64,000 nt of DNA from Heptranchias perlo. Its lineage: Eukaryota. The notes under the pieces are model-generated. The model made no database searches and was not told the origin of the DNA. It saw only the letters and a list, made by a program, of their open reading frames with translations. Positions 34,455-46,878 of this stretch are shown piece by piece; within the stretch, counting starts at the first letter, position 1, and each line of letters starts with the position of its first letter. Location of the stretch: contig NC_090346.1 in assembly GCF_035084215.1 (NCBI RefSeq), positions 18,414,001 through 18,478,000 on the forward strand, written 5' to 3'. Position numbers and translations under genes: made by a program.

Positions 34455-37400
34455 TCCCCGTGTACGCGCTCCCTCTCAGGCTCTGCCCCCCGGGTCTGCG
34501 CTCCCTCTCGCTCATGCCCCCCGTGTCGCGCTCCACTCTCCGCTCTGCCCACCTGTCAGGTGCGCTCCCCCCCCGTGTCCGCGCTCCCTCTCGCTTCTGC
34601 CTCCCGTGTCGCGCTCCCTCTCGCTCGTGCGCCCCGTGTCGCGCTCCCTCTCGCTCTGCCCCCGTGTCGCGCTCCCCTCTCGCTCTGCCCCCCGTGTCGC
34701 GCTCCCTCTCGCTCTGCCCCCCGTGTCGCGCTCCCTCTCGCTCTGCCCCCGTGTCGCGCTCCCTCTCGCTCTGCCCCCCGTGTCGCGCTCCCTCTCGCTC
34801 TGCCCCCGTGTCGCGCTCCTCTCGCTCTGCCCCCCGTGTCGCGCTCCCTCTCGCTCTGCCCCCCCGGTGTCGCGCTCCCTCTCGCTCTGCCCCCCGTGTC
34901 GCGCTCCCTCTCGCTCTGCCCCCCGTGTCGCGCTCCCTCTCGCTCTGCCCCCCGTGTCGCGCTCCCTCTCGCTCTGCCCCCCGTGTCGCGCTCCCTCTCG
35001 CTCTGCCCCCGTGTCGCGCTCCTCTCGCTCTGCCCCCCGTGTCGCGCTCCCTCTCGCTCTGCCCCCCGTGTCGCGCTCCCTCTCGCTCTGCCCCCCGTGT
35101 CGCGCTCCCTCTCGCTCTGCCCCCCGTGTCGCGCTCCCTCTCGCTCTGCCCCCCGTGTCGCGCTCCCTCTCGCTCTGCCCCCCGTGTCGCGCTCCCTCTC
35201 GCTCTGCCCCCCGTGTCGCGCTCCCTCTCGCTCTGCCCCCGTGTCGCGCTCCCTCTCGCTCTGCCCCCCGTGTCGCGCTCCCTCTCGCTCTGCCCCCCGT
35301 GTCGCGCTCCCTCTCGCTCTGCCCCCCGTGTCGCGCTCCCTCTCGCTCTGCCCCCCGTGTCGCGCTCCCATCTCGCTCTGCCCCCCGTGTCGCGCTCCCT
35401 CTCGCTCTGCCCCCCGTGTCGCGCTCCCTCTCGCTCTGCCCCCCGTGTCGCGCTCCCTCTCGCTCTGCCCCCCGTGTCGCGCTCCCTCTCGCTCTGCCCC
35501 CCGTGTCGCGCTCCCTCTCGCTCTGCCCCCCGTGTCGCGCTCTCTCTCGCTCTGCCCCCGTGTCGCGCTCCTCTCGCTCTGCCCCCCGTGTCGCGCTCTC
35601 TCTCGCTCTGCCCCCCGTGTCGCGCTCTCTCTCGCTCTGCCCCCGTGTCGCGCTCTCTCTCGCTCTGCCCCCCGTGTCGCGCTCTCTCTCGCTCTGCCCC
35701 CGTGTCGCGCTCTCTCTCGCTCTGCCCCCCGTGTCGCGCTCTCTCTCGCTCTGCCCCCCGTGTCGCGCTCTCTCTCGCTCTGCCTGCCCCCGTGTCGCGC
35801 TCTCTCTCGCTCTGCCCCCCGTGTCGCGCTCTCTCTCGCTCTGCCCCCCGTGTCGCGCTCTCTCTCGCTCTGCCCCCCGTGTCGCGCTCTCTCTCTCGCT
35901 CTGCCCCCCGTGTCGCGCTCTCTCTCGCTCTGCCCCCCGTGTCGCGCTCTCTCTCGCTCTGCCCCCCGTGTCGCGCTCTCTCTCGCTCTGCCCCCCGTGT
36001 CGCGCTCTCTCTCGCTCTGCCCCCCGTGTCGCGCTCTCTCTCGCTCTGCCCCCCGTGTCGCGCTCTCTCTCGCTCTGCCCCCCGTGTCGCGCTCTCTCTC
36101 GCTCTGCCCCCCGTGTCGCGCTCATCTCTCGCTCTGCCCCCCGTGTCGCGCTCTCTCTCGCTCTTCTGCCCCCCGTGTCGCGCTCTCTCTCGCTCTGCCC
36201 CCCGTGTCGCGCTCATCTCTCGCTCTGCCCCCCGTGTCGCGCTCTCTCTCGCTCTGCCCCCCGTGTCGCGCTCTCTCTCGCTCTGCCCCCCGTGTCGCGC
36301 TCTCTCTCGCTCTGCCCCCGTGTCGCGCTCTCTCTCGCTCTGCCCCCCGTGTCGCGCTCTCTCTCGCTCTGCCCCCCGTGTCGCGCTCTCTCTCGCTCTG
36401 CCCCCCGTGTCGCGCTCTCTCTCGCTGCCCCCCGTGTCGCGCTCTCTCTCGCTCTGCCCCCCGTGTCGCGCTCTCTCTCGCTCTGCCCCCGTGTCGCGCT
36501 CTCTCTCGCTCTGCCCCCCGTGTCGCGCTCTCTCTCGCTCTGCCCCCCGTGTCGCGCTCTCTCTCGCTCTGCCCCCGTGTCGCGCTCTCTCTCGCTCTGC
36601 CCCCCGTGTCGCGCTCTCTCTCGCTCTGCCCCCCGTGTCGCGCTCTCTCTCGCTCTGCCCCCCGTGTCGCGCTCTCTCTCGCTCTGCCCCCCGTGTCGCG
36701 CTCTCTCTCGCTCTGCCCCCCGTGTCGCGCTCTCTCTCGCTCTGCCCCCGTGTCGCGCTCTCTCTCGCTCTGCCCCCCCGTGTCGCGCTCTCTCTCGCTC
36801 TGCCCCCCGTGTCGCGCTCTCTCTCGCTCTGCCCCCCGTGTCGCGCTCTCTCTCGCTCTGCCCCCCGTGTCGCGCTCTCTCTCGCTCTGCCCCCCCGTGT
36901 CGCGCTCTCTCTCGCTCTGCCCCCCCGCCTGTCGCGCTCTCTCTCGCTCTGCCCCCCCGCGTCGCGCTCTCTCTCGCTCTGCCCCCCCCGCGTCGCGCTC
37001 TCTCTCGCTCTGCCCCCCGCGTCGCGCTCTCTCTCAGCTCTGCCCCCCCCCGCGTCGCGCTCTCTCTCGCTCTGCCCCCCCCGCGTCGCGCTCTCTCTCG
37101 CTCTGGCCCCCCCGCGTCGCGCTCTCTCTCGCTCTGCCCCCCCCGCGTCGCGCTCTCTCTCGCTCTGCCCCCCCGCGTCGCGCTCTCTCTCGCTCTGCCC
37201 CCCCCGCGTCGCGCTCTCTCTCGCTCTGCCCCCCCGCGTCGCGCTCTCTCTCGCTCTGCCCCCCCCGCGTCGCGCTCTCTCTCGCTCTGCCCCCCCGCGT
37301 CGCGCTCTCTCTCGCTCTGCCCCCCCCGCGTCGCGCTCTCTCTCGCTCTGCCCCCCCCCGCGTCGCGCTCTCTCTCGCTCTGCCCCCCCGCGTCGCGCTC

Positions 37401-40400
37401 TCTCTCGCTCTGCCCCCCCGCGTCGCGCTCTCTCTCGCTCTGCCCCCCCGCGTCGCGCTCTCTCTCGCTCTGCCCCCCCCGCGTCGCGCTCTCTCTCGCT
37501 CTGCCCCCCCCGCGTCGCGCTCTCTCTCGCTCTGCCCCCCCCGCGTCGCGCTCTCTCTGCTCTGCCCCCCCCGCGTCGCGCTCTCGCTCTGCCCCCCCCG
37601 CGTCGCGCTCCGCTCTGCCCCCCCCGCGTCGCGCTCGCTCTGCCCCCCCCGCGTCGCGCTCGCTCTGCCCCCCCCGCGTCGCGCTCGCTCTGCCCCCCCC
37701 CGCGTCGCGCTCGCTCTGCCCCCCCCCGCGTCGCGCTCGCTCTGCCCCCCCCGCGTCGCGCTCGCTCTGCCCCCCCCGCGTCGCGCTCGCTCTGCCCCCC
37801 CCGCGTCGCGCTCGCTCTGCCCCCCCCGCGTCGCGCTCGCTCTGCCCCCCCCGCGTCGCGCTCGCTCTGCCCCCCCCGCGTCGCGCTCGCTCTGCCCCCC
37901 CCGCGTCGCGCTCGCTCTGCCCCCCCCGCGTCGCGCTCGCTCTGCCCCCCCCGCGTCGCGCTCGCTCTGCCCCCCCCGCGTCGCGCTCGCTCTGCCCCCC
38001 CCGCGTCGCGCTCGCTCTGCCCCCCCCGCGTCGCGCTCGCTCTGCCCCCCCCGCGTCGCGCTCGCTCTGCCCCCCCCGCGTCGCGCTCGCTCTGCCCCCC
38101 CCGCGTCGCGCTCGCTCTGCCCCCCCCGCGTCGCGCTCGCTCTGCCCCCCCCGCGTCGCGCTCGCTCTGCCCCCCCCGCGTCGCGCTCGCTCTGCCCCCC
38201 CCGCGTCGCGCTCGCTCTGCCCCCCCCGCGTCGCGCTCGCTCTGCCCCCCCCGCGTCGCGCTCGCTCTGCCCCCCCCGCGTCGCGCTCGCTCTGCCCCCC
38301 CCGCGTCGCGCTCGCTCTGCCCCCCCCGCGTCGCGCTCGCTCTGCCCCCCCCGCGTCGCGCTCGCTCTGCCCCCCCCGCGTCGCGCTCGCTCTGCCCCCC
38401 CCGCGTCGCGCTCGCTCTGCCCCCCCCGCGTCGCGCTCGCTCTGCCCCCCCCGCGTCGCGCTCGCTCTGCCCCCCCCGCGTCGCGCTCGCTCTGCCCCCC
38501 CCGCGTCGCGCTCGCTCTGCCCCCCCCGCGTCGCGCTCGCTCTGCCCCCCCCGCGTCGCGCTCGCTCTGCCCCCCCCGCGTCGCGCTCGCTCTGCCCCCC
38601 CCGCGTCGCGCTCGCTCTGCCCCCCCCGCGTCGCGCTCGCTCTGCCCCCCCCGCGTCGCGCTCGCTCTGCCCCCCCCGCGTCGCGCTCGCTCTGCCCCCC
38701 CCGCGTCGCGCTCGCTCTGCCCCCCCCGCGTCGCGCTCGCTCTGCCCCCCCCGCGTCGCGCTCGCTCTGCCCCCCCCGCGTCGCGCTCGCTCTGCCCCCC
38801 CCGCGTCGCGCTCGCTCTGCCCCCCCCGCGTCGCGCTCGCTCTGCCCCCCCCGCGTCGCGCTCGCTCTGCCCCCCCCGCGTCGCGCTCGCTCTGCCCCCC
38901 CCGCGTCGCGCTCGCTCTGCCCCCCCCGCGTCGCGCTCGCTCTGCCCCCCCCGCGTCGCGCTCGCTCTGCCCCCCCCGCGTCGCGCTCGCTCTGCCCCCC
39001 CCGCGTCGCGCTCGCTCTGCCCCCCCCGCGTCGCGCTCGCTCTGCCCCCCCCGCGTCGCGCTCGCTCTGCCCCCCCCGCGTCGCGCTCGCTCTGCCCCCC
39101 CCGCGTCGCGCTCGCTCTGCCCCCCCCGCGTCGCGCTCGCTCTGCCCCCCCCGCGTCGCGCTCGCTCTGCCCCCCCCGCGTCGCGCTCGCTCTGCCCCCC
39201 CCGCGTCGCGCTCGCTCTGCCCCCCCCCGCGTCGCGCTCGCTCTGCCCCCCCCGCGTCGCGCTCGCTCTGCCCCCCCCGCGTCGCGCTCGCTCTGCCCCC
39301 CCCGCGTCGCGCTCGCTCTGCCCCCCCCGCGTCGCGCTCGCTCTGCCCCCCCCGCGTCGCGCTCGCTCTGCCCCCCCCGCGTCGCGCTCGCTCTGCCCCC
39401 CCCGCGTCGCGCTCGCTCTGCCCCCCCCGCGTCGCGCTCGCTCTGCCCCCCCCGCGTCGCGCTCGCTCTGCCCCCCCCGCGTCGCGCTCGCTCTGCCCCC
39501 CCCGCGTCGCGCTCGCTCTGCCCCCCCCGCGTCGCGCTCGCTCTGCCCCCCCCGCGTCGCGCTCGCTCTGCCCCCCCCGCGTCGCGCTCGCTCTGCCCCC
39601 CCCGCGTCGCGCTCGCTCTGCCCCCCCCGCGTCGCGCTCGCTCTGCCCCCCCCGCGTCGCGCTCGCTCTGCCCCCCCCGCGTCGCGCTCGCTCTGCCCCC
39701 CCCGCGTCGCGCTCGCTCTGCCCCCCCCGCGTCGCGCTCGCTCTGCCCCCCCCGCGTCGCGCTCGCTCTGCCCCCCCCGCGTCGCGCTCGCTCTGCCCCC
39801 CCCGCGTCGCGCTCGCTCTGCCCCCCCCGCGTCGCGCTCGCTCTGCCCCCCCCGCGTCGCGCTCGCTCTGCCCCCCCCGCGTCGCGCTCGCTCTGCCCCC
39901 CCCGCGTCGCGCTCGCTCTGCCCCCCCCGCGTCGCGCTCGCTCTGCCCCCCCCGCGTCGCGCTCGCTCTGCCCCCCCCGCGTCGCGCTCGCTCTGCCCCC
40001 CCCGCGTCGCGCTCGCTCTGCCCCCCCCGCGTCGCGCTCGCTCTGCCCCCCCCGCGTCGCGCTCGCTCTGCCCCCCCCGCGTCGCGCTCGCTCTGCCCCC
40101 CCCGCGTCGCGCTCGCTCTGCCCCCCCCGCGTCGCGCTCGCTCTGCCCCCCCCGCGTCGCGCTCGCTCTGCCCCCCCCGCGTCGCGCTCGCTCTGCCCCC
40201 CCCGCGTCGCGCTCGCTCTGCCCCCCCCGCGTCGCGCTCGCTCTGCCCCCCCCGCGTCGCGCTCGCTCTGCCCCCCCCGCGTCGCGCTCGCTCTGCCCCC
40301 CCCGCGTCGCGCTCGCTCTGCCCCCCCCGCGTCGCGCTCGCTCTGCCCCCCCCGCGTCGCGCTCGCTCTGCCCCCCCCCGCGTCGCGCTCGCTCTGCCCC

Positions 40401-41442
40401 CCCCGCGTCGCGCTCGCTCTGCCCCCCCCGCGTCGCGCTCGCTCTGCCCCCCCCGCGTCGCGCTCGCTCTGCCCCCCCCGCGTCGCGCTCGCTCTGCCCC
40501 CCCCCGCGTCGCGCTCGCTCTGCCCCCCCCGCGTCGCGCTCGCTCTGCCCCCCCCGCGTCGCGCTCGCTCTGCCCCCCCCGCGTCGCGCTCGCTCTGCCC
40601 CCCCCGCGTCGCGCTCGCTCTGCCCCCCCCGCGTCGCGCTCGCTCTGCCCCCCCCGCGTCGCGCTCGCTCTGCCCCCCCCGCGTCGCGCTCGCTCTGCCC
40701 CCCCCGCGTCGCGCTCGCTCTGCCCCCCCCGCGTCGCGCTCGCTCTGCCCCCCCCGCGTCGCGCTCGCTCTGCCCCCCCCGCGTCGCGCTCGCTCTGCCC
40801 CCCCCGCGTCGCGCTCGCTCTGCCCCCCCCGCGTCGCGCTCGCTCTGCCCCCCCCGCGTCGCGCTCGCTCTGCCCCCCCCGCGTCGCGCTCGCTCTGCCC
40901 CCCCCGCGTCGCGCTCGCTCTGCCCCCCCCCGCGTCGCGCTCGCTCTGCCCCCCCCGCGTCGCGCTCGCTCTGCCCCCCCCCGCGTCGCGCTCGCTCTGC
41001 CCCCCCCGCGTCGCGCTCGCTCTGCCCCCCCCCGCGTCGCGCTCGCTCTGCCCCCCCCCGCGTCGCGCTCGCTCTGCCCCCCCCCGCGTCGCGCTCGCTC
41101 TGCCCCCCCCCGCGTCGCGCTCGCTCTGCCCCCCCCCGCGTCGCGCTCGCTCTGCCCCCCCCCGCGTCGCGCTCGCTCTGCCCCCCCCGCGTCGCGCTCG
41201 CTCTGCCCCCCCCGCGTCGCGCTCGCTCTGCCCCCCCCGCGTCGCGCTCGCTCTGCCCCCCCCGCGTCGCGCTCGCTCTGCCCCCCCCCGCGTCGCGCTC
41301 GCTCTGCCCCCCCCGCGTCGCGCTCGCTCTGCCCCCCCCCGCGTCGCGCTCGCTCTGCCCCCCCCGCGTCGCGCTCGCTCTGCCCCCCCCGCGTCGCGCT
41401 CGCTCTGCCCCCCCCGCGTCGCGCTCGCTCTGCCCCCCCCCC
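34455..41442. repeat. ~7-kb GC-rich tandem array; 29-bp units (gtgtcgcgctc[c/t]ctctcgctctgcccccc) grading into 25-bp units (gcgtcgcgctcgctctgcccccccc)
   Basis: Directly visible periodicity; almost no A on the + strand; degenerate at the gap-proximal edge. Confidence 0.98.
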
Positions 41443-42361
41443 ATGTTGCTGCAGTGTCCAGCTGGGTGCCGATGTAATGTCTGTGTTGATGTGCCAACTA
41501 TCAGCAGCAGGTGTGCTGGGTCAGGTTGGCACCAAATGTTGCTCTCGTCCATTCTGCACTGATAGGAACAGGGGAGGCCCATCGACCAATCTAACCCGCC
41601 CTTCAAACCTCCCCGGGGTCTTATTCTAGATCTAATTACCTCTTTCCCAATTGGAATTTACACAGCCCTTCTTTAAACTCTGCAATGCTTTACTGTCACA
41701 ACACCCCACTGGCAATCTGTTCCATTTTGTTTCACCCTCTTCGTAACAAGTTGTTTAAATTTCCTATTTTCTTCTAACTCCCTGGACTCTGAACTGTCTC
41801 CCTCGTTCTCGGATCCTGTGCCTGAGAAGAACTTTCTGGATCCAAGCTCCCTATACAGGTGAAAATATTCACCATCTGTTATCACCCTGGCCTCTTCTCC
41901 AGACAGTACAATCCCAGGCAGGCAATTTCGTCGTAACTCAGCCATCCAAGGTCTGCAATGAACCTCGAAGTCCTTCTCCAGCCCCCAAATGTTCAGTCAC
42001 TTCAGCTCCCTCATCATTGGTTAGGAGTAATTCAAATGTTGCCTCCCCTCGTGGGTTCCCTCACCTATTTAACAAAACATTTTTCAATAACTTCAGTAAA
42101 CTCTCAACCATGTGTGAGTCTCTCGTGGTAAACAGTGTCACCCATCCCCAACTTTTGGTCAGCTGACCTAATATCTCCTCATGTGGCTCGGTGTCAATTT
42201 TTGTCTGATTACACTCCTGTGAAGCACCTTGGATATTTTACTACATTAAAAGCACTGTATAAATGCAAATGATTAATCTGTTGCCCAGATGGGCTGAGTT
42301 TTTAATTAATTAATTCTGGGGAATGTGGGTATTGTTGGCGGGGCCAGCATTTATTGCCTAT

Positions 42362-43700
42362 CTAGAATCTACTATAAAGGATGTGATAACAGGACACTTA
42401 GAAAATAATAATAGGATTTGGCAGAGTCAACATGGATTTATGAAAGGGAAATCATGTTTGACAAACCTATTAGAGTTCTTTGAGGATGTAACTAGTAGAA
42501 TAGATAAGGGGGAACCAGTGGATGTGGTGTATTTGGATTTTCAGAAGGCTTTCCGTAAAGTCTCTCACAGGAGGTTGGTGAACAAAGTTAGAGCCCATGG
42601 AATTGGGGGTAATATACTGGCATGGATTGAGAATTGGTTAACAGACAGAAAACACAGAGTAGGAATAAACGGGTCTTTTTCAGGTTGGCAGACTGTGACT
42701 AGTGGGGTACCGTAGGGATCGATGCTTGGGCCCCAGCTAATCACAACCTATATCAATGATTTGGATGAGGGGACCAAATGTAATATTTTCAAGTTTGCTG
42801 ATGACACTAAACTAGGTGGGAATGTGAGTTGTGAGGAGGATGCAAAGAGGCTTCAAGGGGATATAGACAGGCTAAGTGAGTGGGCAAGAACATGGCAGAT
42901 GGAATATAATGTGGAAAAATGTGAAGTTATCCAGTTTGATAGGAGAAACAGAAATGCAGAGTATTTTTTTAAATGGTGAGAGATTGGGAAATGTTGATGT
43001 TCAAAGGGACCTGGGTGTCCTTGTACATGAGTCACTGAAAGCTAACATGTAGGTGCAGCAAGCAATTAGGAAGGCAAATGGTATGTTGGCCTTTATTACA
43101 AGAGGATTTGAACATAGGAGTAAAGATGTCTTACTGAAATTATATGGGGCCTTGGTGAGACCGCACCTGGAGTATTGTGTACAATTTTGATCTCCTTACC
43201 TAAGAAAGGATATACTTGCCATAGAGGGAGTGCAACAAAGGTTCACCAGACTGATTCCTGGGATGGCAGGATTGTCGTATGAGGAGAGATTGAGTAGACG
43301 AGGTTTGCATTCTCCAGAGTTTAGAAGAAACATACAAAATTCTTACTGGGCTCGACAGGGTAGATGCAGGGAGGATGTTTCCCCTGGCTGGGGAGTCTAG
43401 AACCAGGGGTCACAGTCTCAGAATAAGGGATAGGCCATTCAGGACTGAGATGAGAAGTTTCTTCACTCAGAGGATGGTGAATCTTTGGAATTCTCTACCG
43501 CAGAAGGCTGTGGAGGCTCAGTCATTGAATACATTCAAAACAGAGATTGATAGATTTCTCAATATTAAAGGCATCAAGAGATATGGGGATAGTGCAGGGA
43601 AATGGCGTTGAGGTAGAAGATCAGCCATGATCTTGTTGAATGGCGGAGTAGGCTCGAGGGGCCGGATGGCCTCCAACTGCTCCCATTTCTTATGTTCTTA
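42362..43700 (+). mobile_element. 5'-truncated CR1 LINE in a TOP3A intron, inserted into an inverted fragment of another LINE tail
   Basis: SQHGFMKGKSCLTNLLEFFE, YLDFQKAF, FADDTK, FFTQRMVNLWNSLP and tail ttcttatgttctta. The flanks 42320-42361 and 43700-43735 join up as one older repeat. Confidence 0.9.
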
Positions 43701-43789
43701 TCCTTGGTTGCCCTGAAAAGGTGGTGGTGAGTCGTGGTGGTGTTGCTGTCGCTGACTGACTGACTGTGCTTTGTTCCTGTTCACTGCAG

Positions 43790-43912
43790 GTTTTACCTTT
43801 CGTGCACTGGGTACCCGAGCTGCAAGTCTGCAGTCTGGTTTCCTGACTCTGTTCTGGGGGTCAGCAGAGATGAGAGTGTGTGTCCCACCTGTAAACCACA
43901 CCCAGTTCACAG
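43790..43912 (+). CDS. TOP3A: TOP3A exon (123 bp), zinc-ribbon region: FYLSCTGYPSCKSAVWFPDSVLGVSRDESVCPTCKPHPVH(R)
   Basis: ctgcag| acceptor and |gtaagg donor. Manual translation matches the recalled human FYLSCMGFPECRSAVWLPDSVLEASRDSSVCPVCQPHPVYR. In phase with the next exon. Confidence 0.93.
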
Positions 43913-43999
43913 GTAAGGACTAAAACAGCAAAATAGAAACCCAACAACTGTTTTTTGGTTTGAGAAAGCATGGTCACTTTATTTGTTCTGAATTTTCAG

Positions 44000-44676
44000 G
44001 TTAAAGTTGAAGTTCAAACGAGGCAGTGTGCCTCCTCTAGTCCCCCTGGAGTTCGTTGGTTGCATTGGGGGCTGTGATGAGCTGTTGAGAGAGATTCTGG
44101 ATCTGAGGTATTTACGAGGAGCGTCACAGTTGAACAATCGAACTGCCAACCCCGTGCCAGTAAGCAGGTCAGAGAATTGGTTGTTCCGGGATCACAGGAA
44201 CACTCAGCCCAAACCCCCAAAGGTGGCAGTGCCAACTGTGGCTGTCGGACCGGTGTCCAGGGCTGCCCCATTGCTGATGGTGGGTGACGATAACTTGGTT
44301 GTGTGCAACTGCGGCCAGGACGCGCTGTTGCTGACAGTTCGGAAAGACGGACCGAATCAGGGGCGGACGTTTTACAAGTGCAACACGGGCAGTTGCAACT
44401 TCTTCCTGTGGGCTGACCAGGATGCGGGGAACTCGGAGGGCCATGGAGGAACAGTCGGCAGGAGGAGCATAGCCCCCGGTGCAGGGGGCTTCCATCGAGC
44501 AGGAAACAATGGGACCTCCGGTGGAGGAGAAACGGTGTGCACATGCAATCAGCCAGCAGTCACACGCACTGTGCAGAAGGACGGACCCAACAAGGGACGG
44601 GCATTCCATACCTGCTCCAAACCCAGAGAACAGCAGTGTGGCTTCTTCCAGTGGGCCGATGAGAACATTCCCCCAG
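44000..44676 (+). CDS. TOP3A: TOP3A penultimate exon (677 bp) with two GRF zinc fingers
   Basis: tttcag| acceptor and |gtaagt donor. LKLKFKRGS.PP..PLEFVGCIGGCD; CNCGQ..LLTVRKDGPNQGRTFYKC..CNFFLWAD; CTCNQPAVTRTVQKDGPNKGRAFHTCSKPREQQCGFFQWAD. Confidence 0.97.
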
Positions 44677-45247
44677 GTAAGTGACAGTGACTGGACCATA
44701 AATCAGAAATGTTTTCACCAATTTCCCCTGCCCAGCACAGGGACACTGGCAAATTGTAGCTCTCCAATTGCTGTCTGGGACCCCATGGTCTGTGGCTCAG
44801 TGTCACATGAGGCAATGCTTTCACCGAATAGCCATGGGGCAGCTTGTGATTGATGCACATGGGTAGCATGTATATTTGAAGTGTGGTTTTCAGTTGATGG
44901 AAGTCATAAAAGATTTATAGAGGGGAGCAAGTGTCCATTAAAAACACTTGTAAACCATTCCAACTTTGCTCCTGTTGATTATGAATCATCTCGATACTTT
45001 GCCTATCCCAGGATTGCTGTAACGCCCTGTACAGCTAGTCTGGCTGAGATGAGCTAAGAGCACAGTGAACGGAGCCATCAATTATCTGTGTAGAAACCAT
45101 CTGAGTGCTGTTGTTCAATTTGCAGTGAATGAAGTGAACGACTAATTCACCCTGCAGTGTTTATAAATCATTCGCAGAGGAGGGAACACTCGAGGTGTTC
45201 AACACTTCCAATCTAACATTTCTTTTCTCTTTTCCTCTTTGGCTCAG

Positions 45248-45372
45248 GAGCAACGAATAAACGTCGTGATGGAAACTCCACCAGGAATGGCCTGGCAGCA
45301 AAGAAGCCGAGATCCTGTGGGCTGTGTCACCAGCCAGGACACACCAGGACAAAGTGCCCCCAAAACCGGTGA
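45248..45372 (+). CDS. TOP3A: TOP3A last coding exon with a C-terminal CCHC knuckle: ...KKPRSCGLCHQPGHTRTKCPQNR*
   Basis: Strong pyrimidine tract then ctcag|; phase 1 matches; TGA at 45370-45372. Matches the TOP3A C-terminus CSLCHQPGHTRPFCPQNR. Confidence 0.95.
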
Positions 45373-45400
45373 AGGCTTCACCCCAACACCTACGTGTGGT

Positions 45401-45406
45401 AATAAA
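45401..45406 (+). terminator. Candidate proximal poly(A) signal AATAAA for TOP3A (an alternative lies at 47452-47457)
   Basis: Hexamer 28 nt after the stop codon. The 47452 hexamer is followed by GT/T-rich sequence. Usage cannot be determined from sequence alone. Confidence 0.3.
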
Positions 45407-46449
45407 CTGGGAAACTCCGCCTGTAGAGAAAACTGCAAACTTCACCACTGTACTCTGGTGTTTCCTGTCAAAACCAACTGAACGTTGTGCAAACGGCTCT
45501 TAACATCAGGCCATCCTTTGTGTAGAGATCGGAGAGACTGCCTCCTCGCTACTCCCAATGGTGCTATTCCAAAATTGCTTTCTTTTAATGAAAAAAAACT
45601 GCTGGTCTCGCTTACACGGACTTGTATTTATATAGCACCTGATCACTTCACGTATAATGAATTGCAGGAGCATAGTGACTCTGGTTATGTCGGAGGAATG
45701 GACAGAGAGTGACGAGCCTTAAGTTCCAGACCATGTGATTCACAGTGTGCATTCTGGGAGTTTAGTGAACTGTGGGCCCCCTGCCCTTGGTACTGGGTAC
45801 CCAGTTACAGAGCCTGGAAACAAAATAGGCTCTGTTATTAAACCCAGTCAGAAGCTGCCGACCTGAATCCCCATCTATAGTACTCCTGAAGATGATGTTG
45901 CTGCTTTTGACAAAACAAACCGTTCTGGAGATGGCACATTTTAGAATGTGAGGAATTGGTGGAGGGGGTGGGCGGTCATGTTAAGGGCCATTGAAGGGGA
46001 GCAACATAAATTTTAGTTAGCGGTTCAGTTGTCAGAATTTTAGAAGCTTGTTGGCTGCTCTGGGGATTTGGTTTTGATTTCAGCTCCTCACATTGAGATG
46101 GGATAACGTTTGGATATATCGCAAGGTCTTCTGTCAGTTTGGTATTCCAATTCAAGCTGTTTGTATTTTATCTTGGGATCAATCGCCTGCCACGGAATTA
46201 AATATCTTTGTGTTTCTAGGGTGGGGAGATTACATTAGTACATTGCTGCAGTAACCATTGTGGGTCCCTTAGTACATTGTCGCACTATGTACAATAGTTT
46301 GGGACTAAGGAGTTGGTCAGGCAGCATTGTCGCTAGCATTTCAATGATGTGTAGTGCAAGTGTGAAATTCATCTTTTTTTGTATTCCCTTGAATTTGGAA
46401 AAACAACAAACGTTCTAACCGTCCAAACTTTAGCTATGGCTGGAGAGAG

Positions 46450-46878
46450 TGTCTGTCATTGTATAAAACTGGGGTGCAGCACTGGTGGGTATGGGTCTGT
46501 CACTGTATAAAACTGGGGTACAGCATTGGTAGGTACAGGTCTGTCACTATAAAACTGGAGTATAGTACTGGTGGGTACAGGTCTGTCACTGTATAAAACT
46601 GGGGTACAGTGCTGGTGGGTACAGGTCTGTCACTGTATAAAACTGGAGTACAGTGCTGGTGGTTATAGGTCTGTCACTATAAAACTGGGGTACAGTGCTG
46701 GTGGGTACAGGTCTGTCACTGTATAAAACTGGGGGACAGCACTGCGTAAAGGTCTCACTGTATAGTGGGTACAGTACTGGTATGTACCAGTCTCACTGTA
46801 TAAAACTGGGGTACAGTACTGGTACAGGTCTGTCACTGTAAAACAGGTACAGTACCAGTGGGTACAGGTCTGTCACTG
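46450..46878. repeat. ~44-bp minisatellite (ctgtcactgtataaaactggggtacagtgctggtgggtacaggt), ~10 diverged copies
   Basis: Visible tandem periodicity with 42-44-bp units. Confidence 0.9.

Noticed and set aside
34189-41629. Giant ORFs of up to 2472 aa in all six frames
   Set aside because: Artefact of the satellite. The + strand has almost no A and the - strand almost no T, so stop codons are almost absent. The translations are pure repeat, and some run through the N gap.
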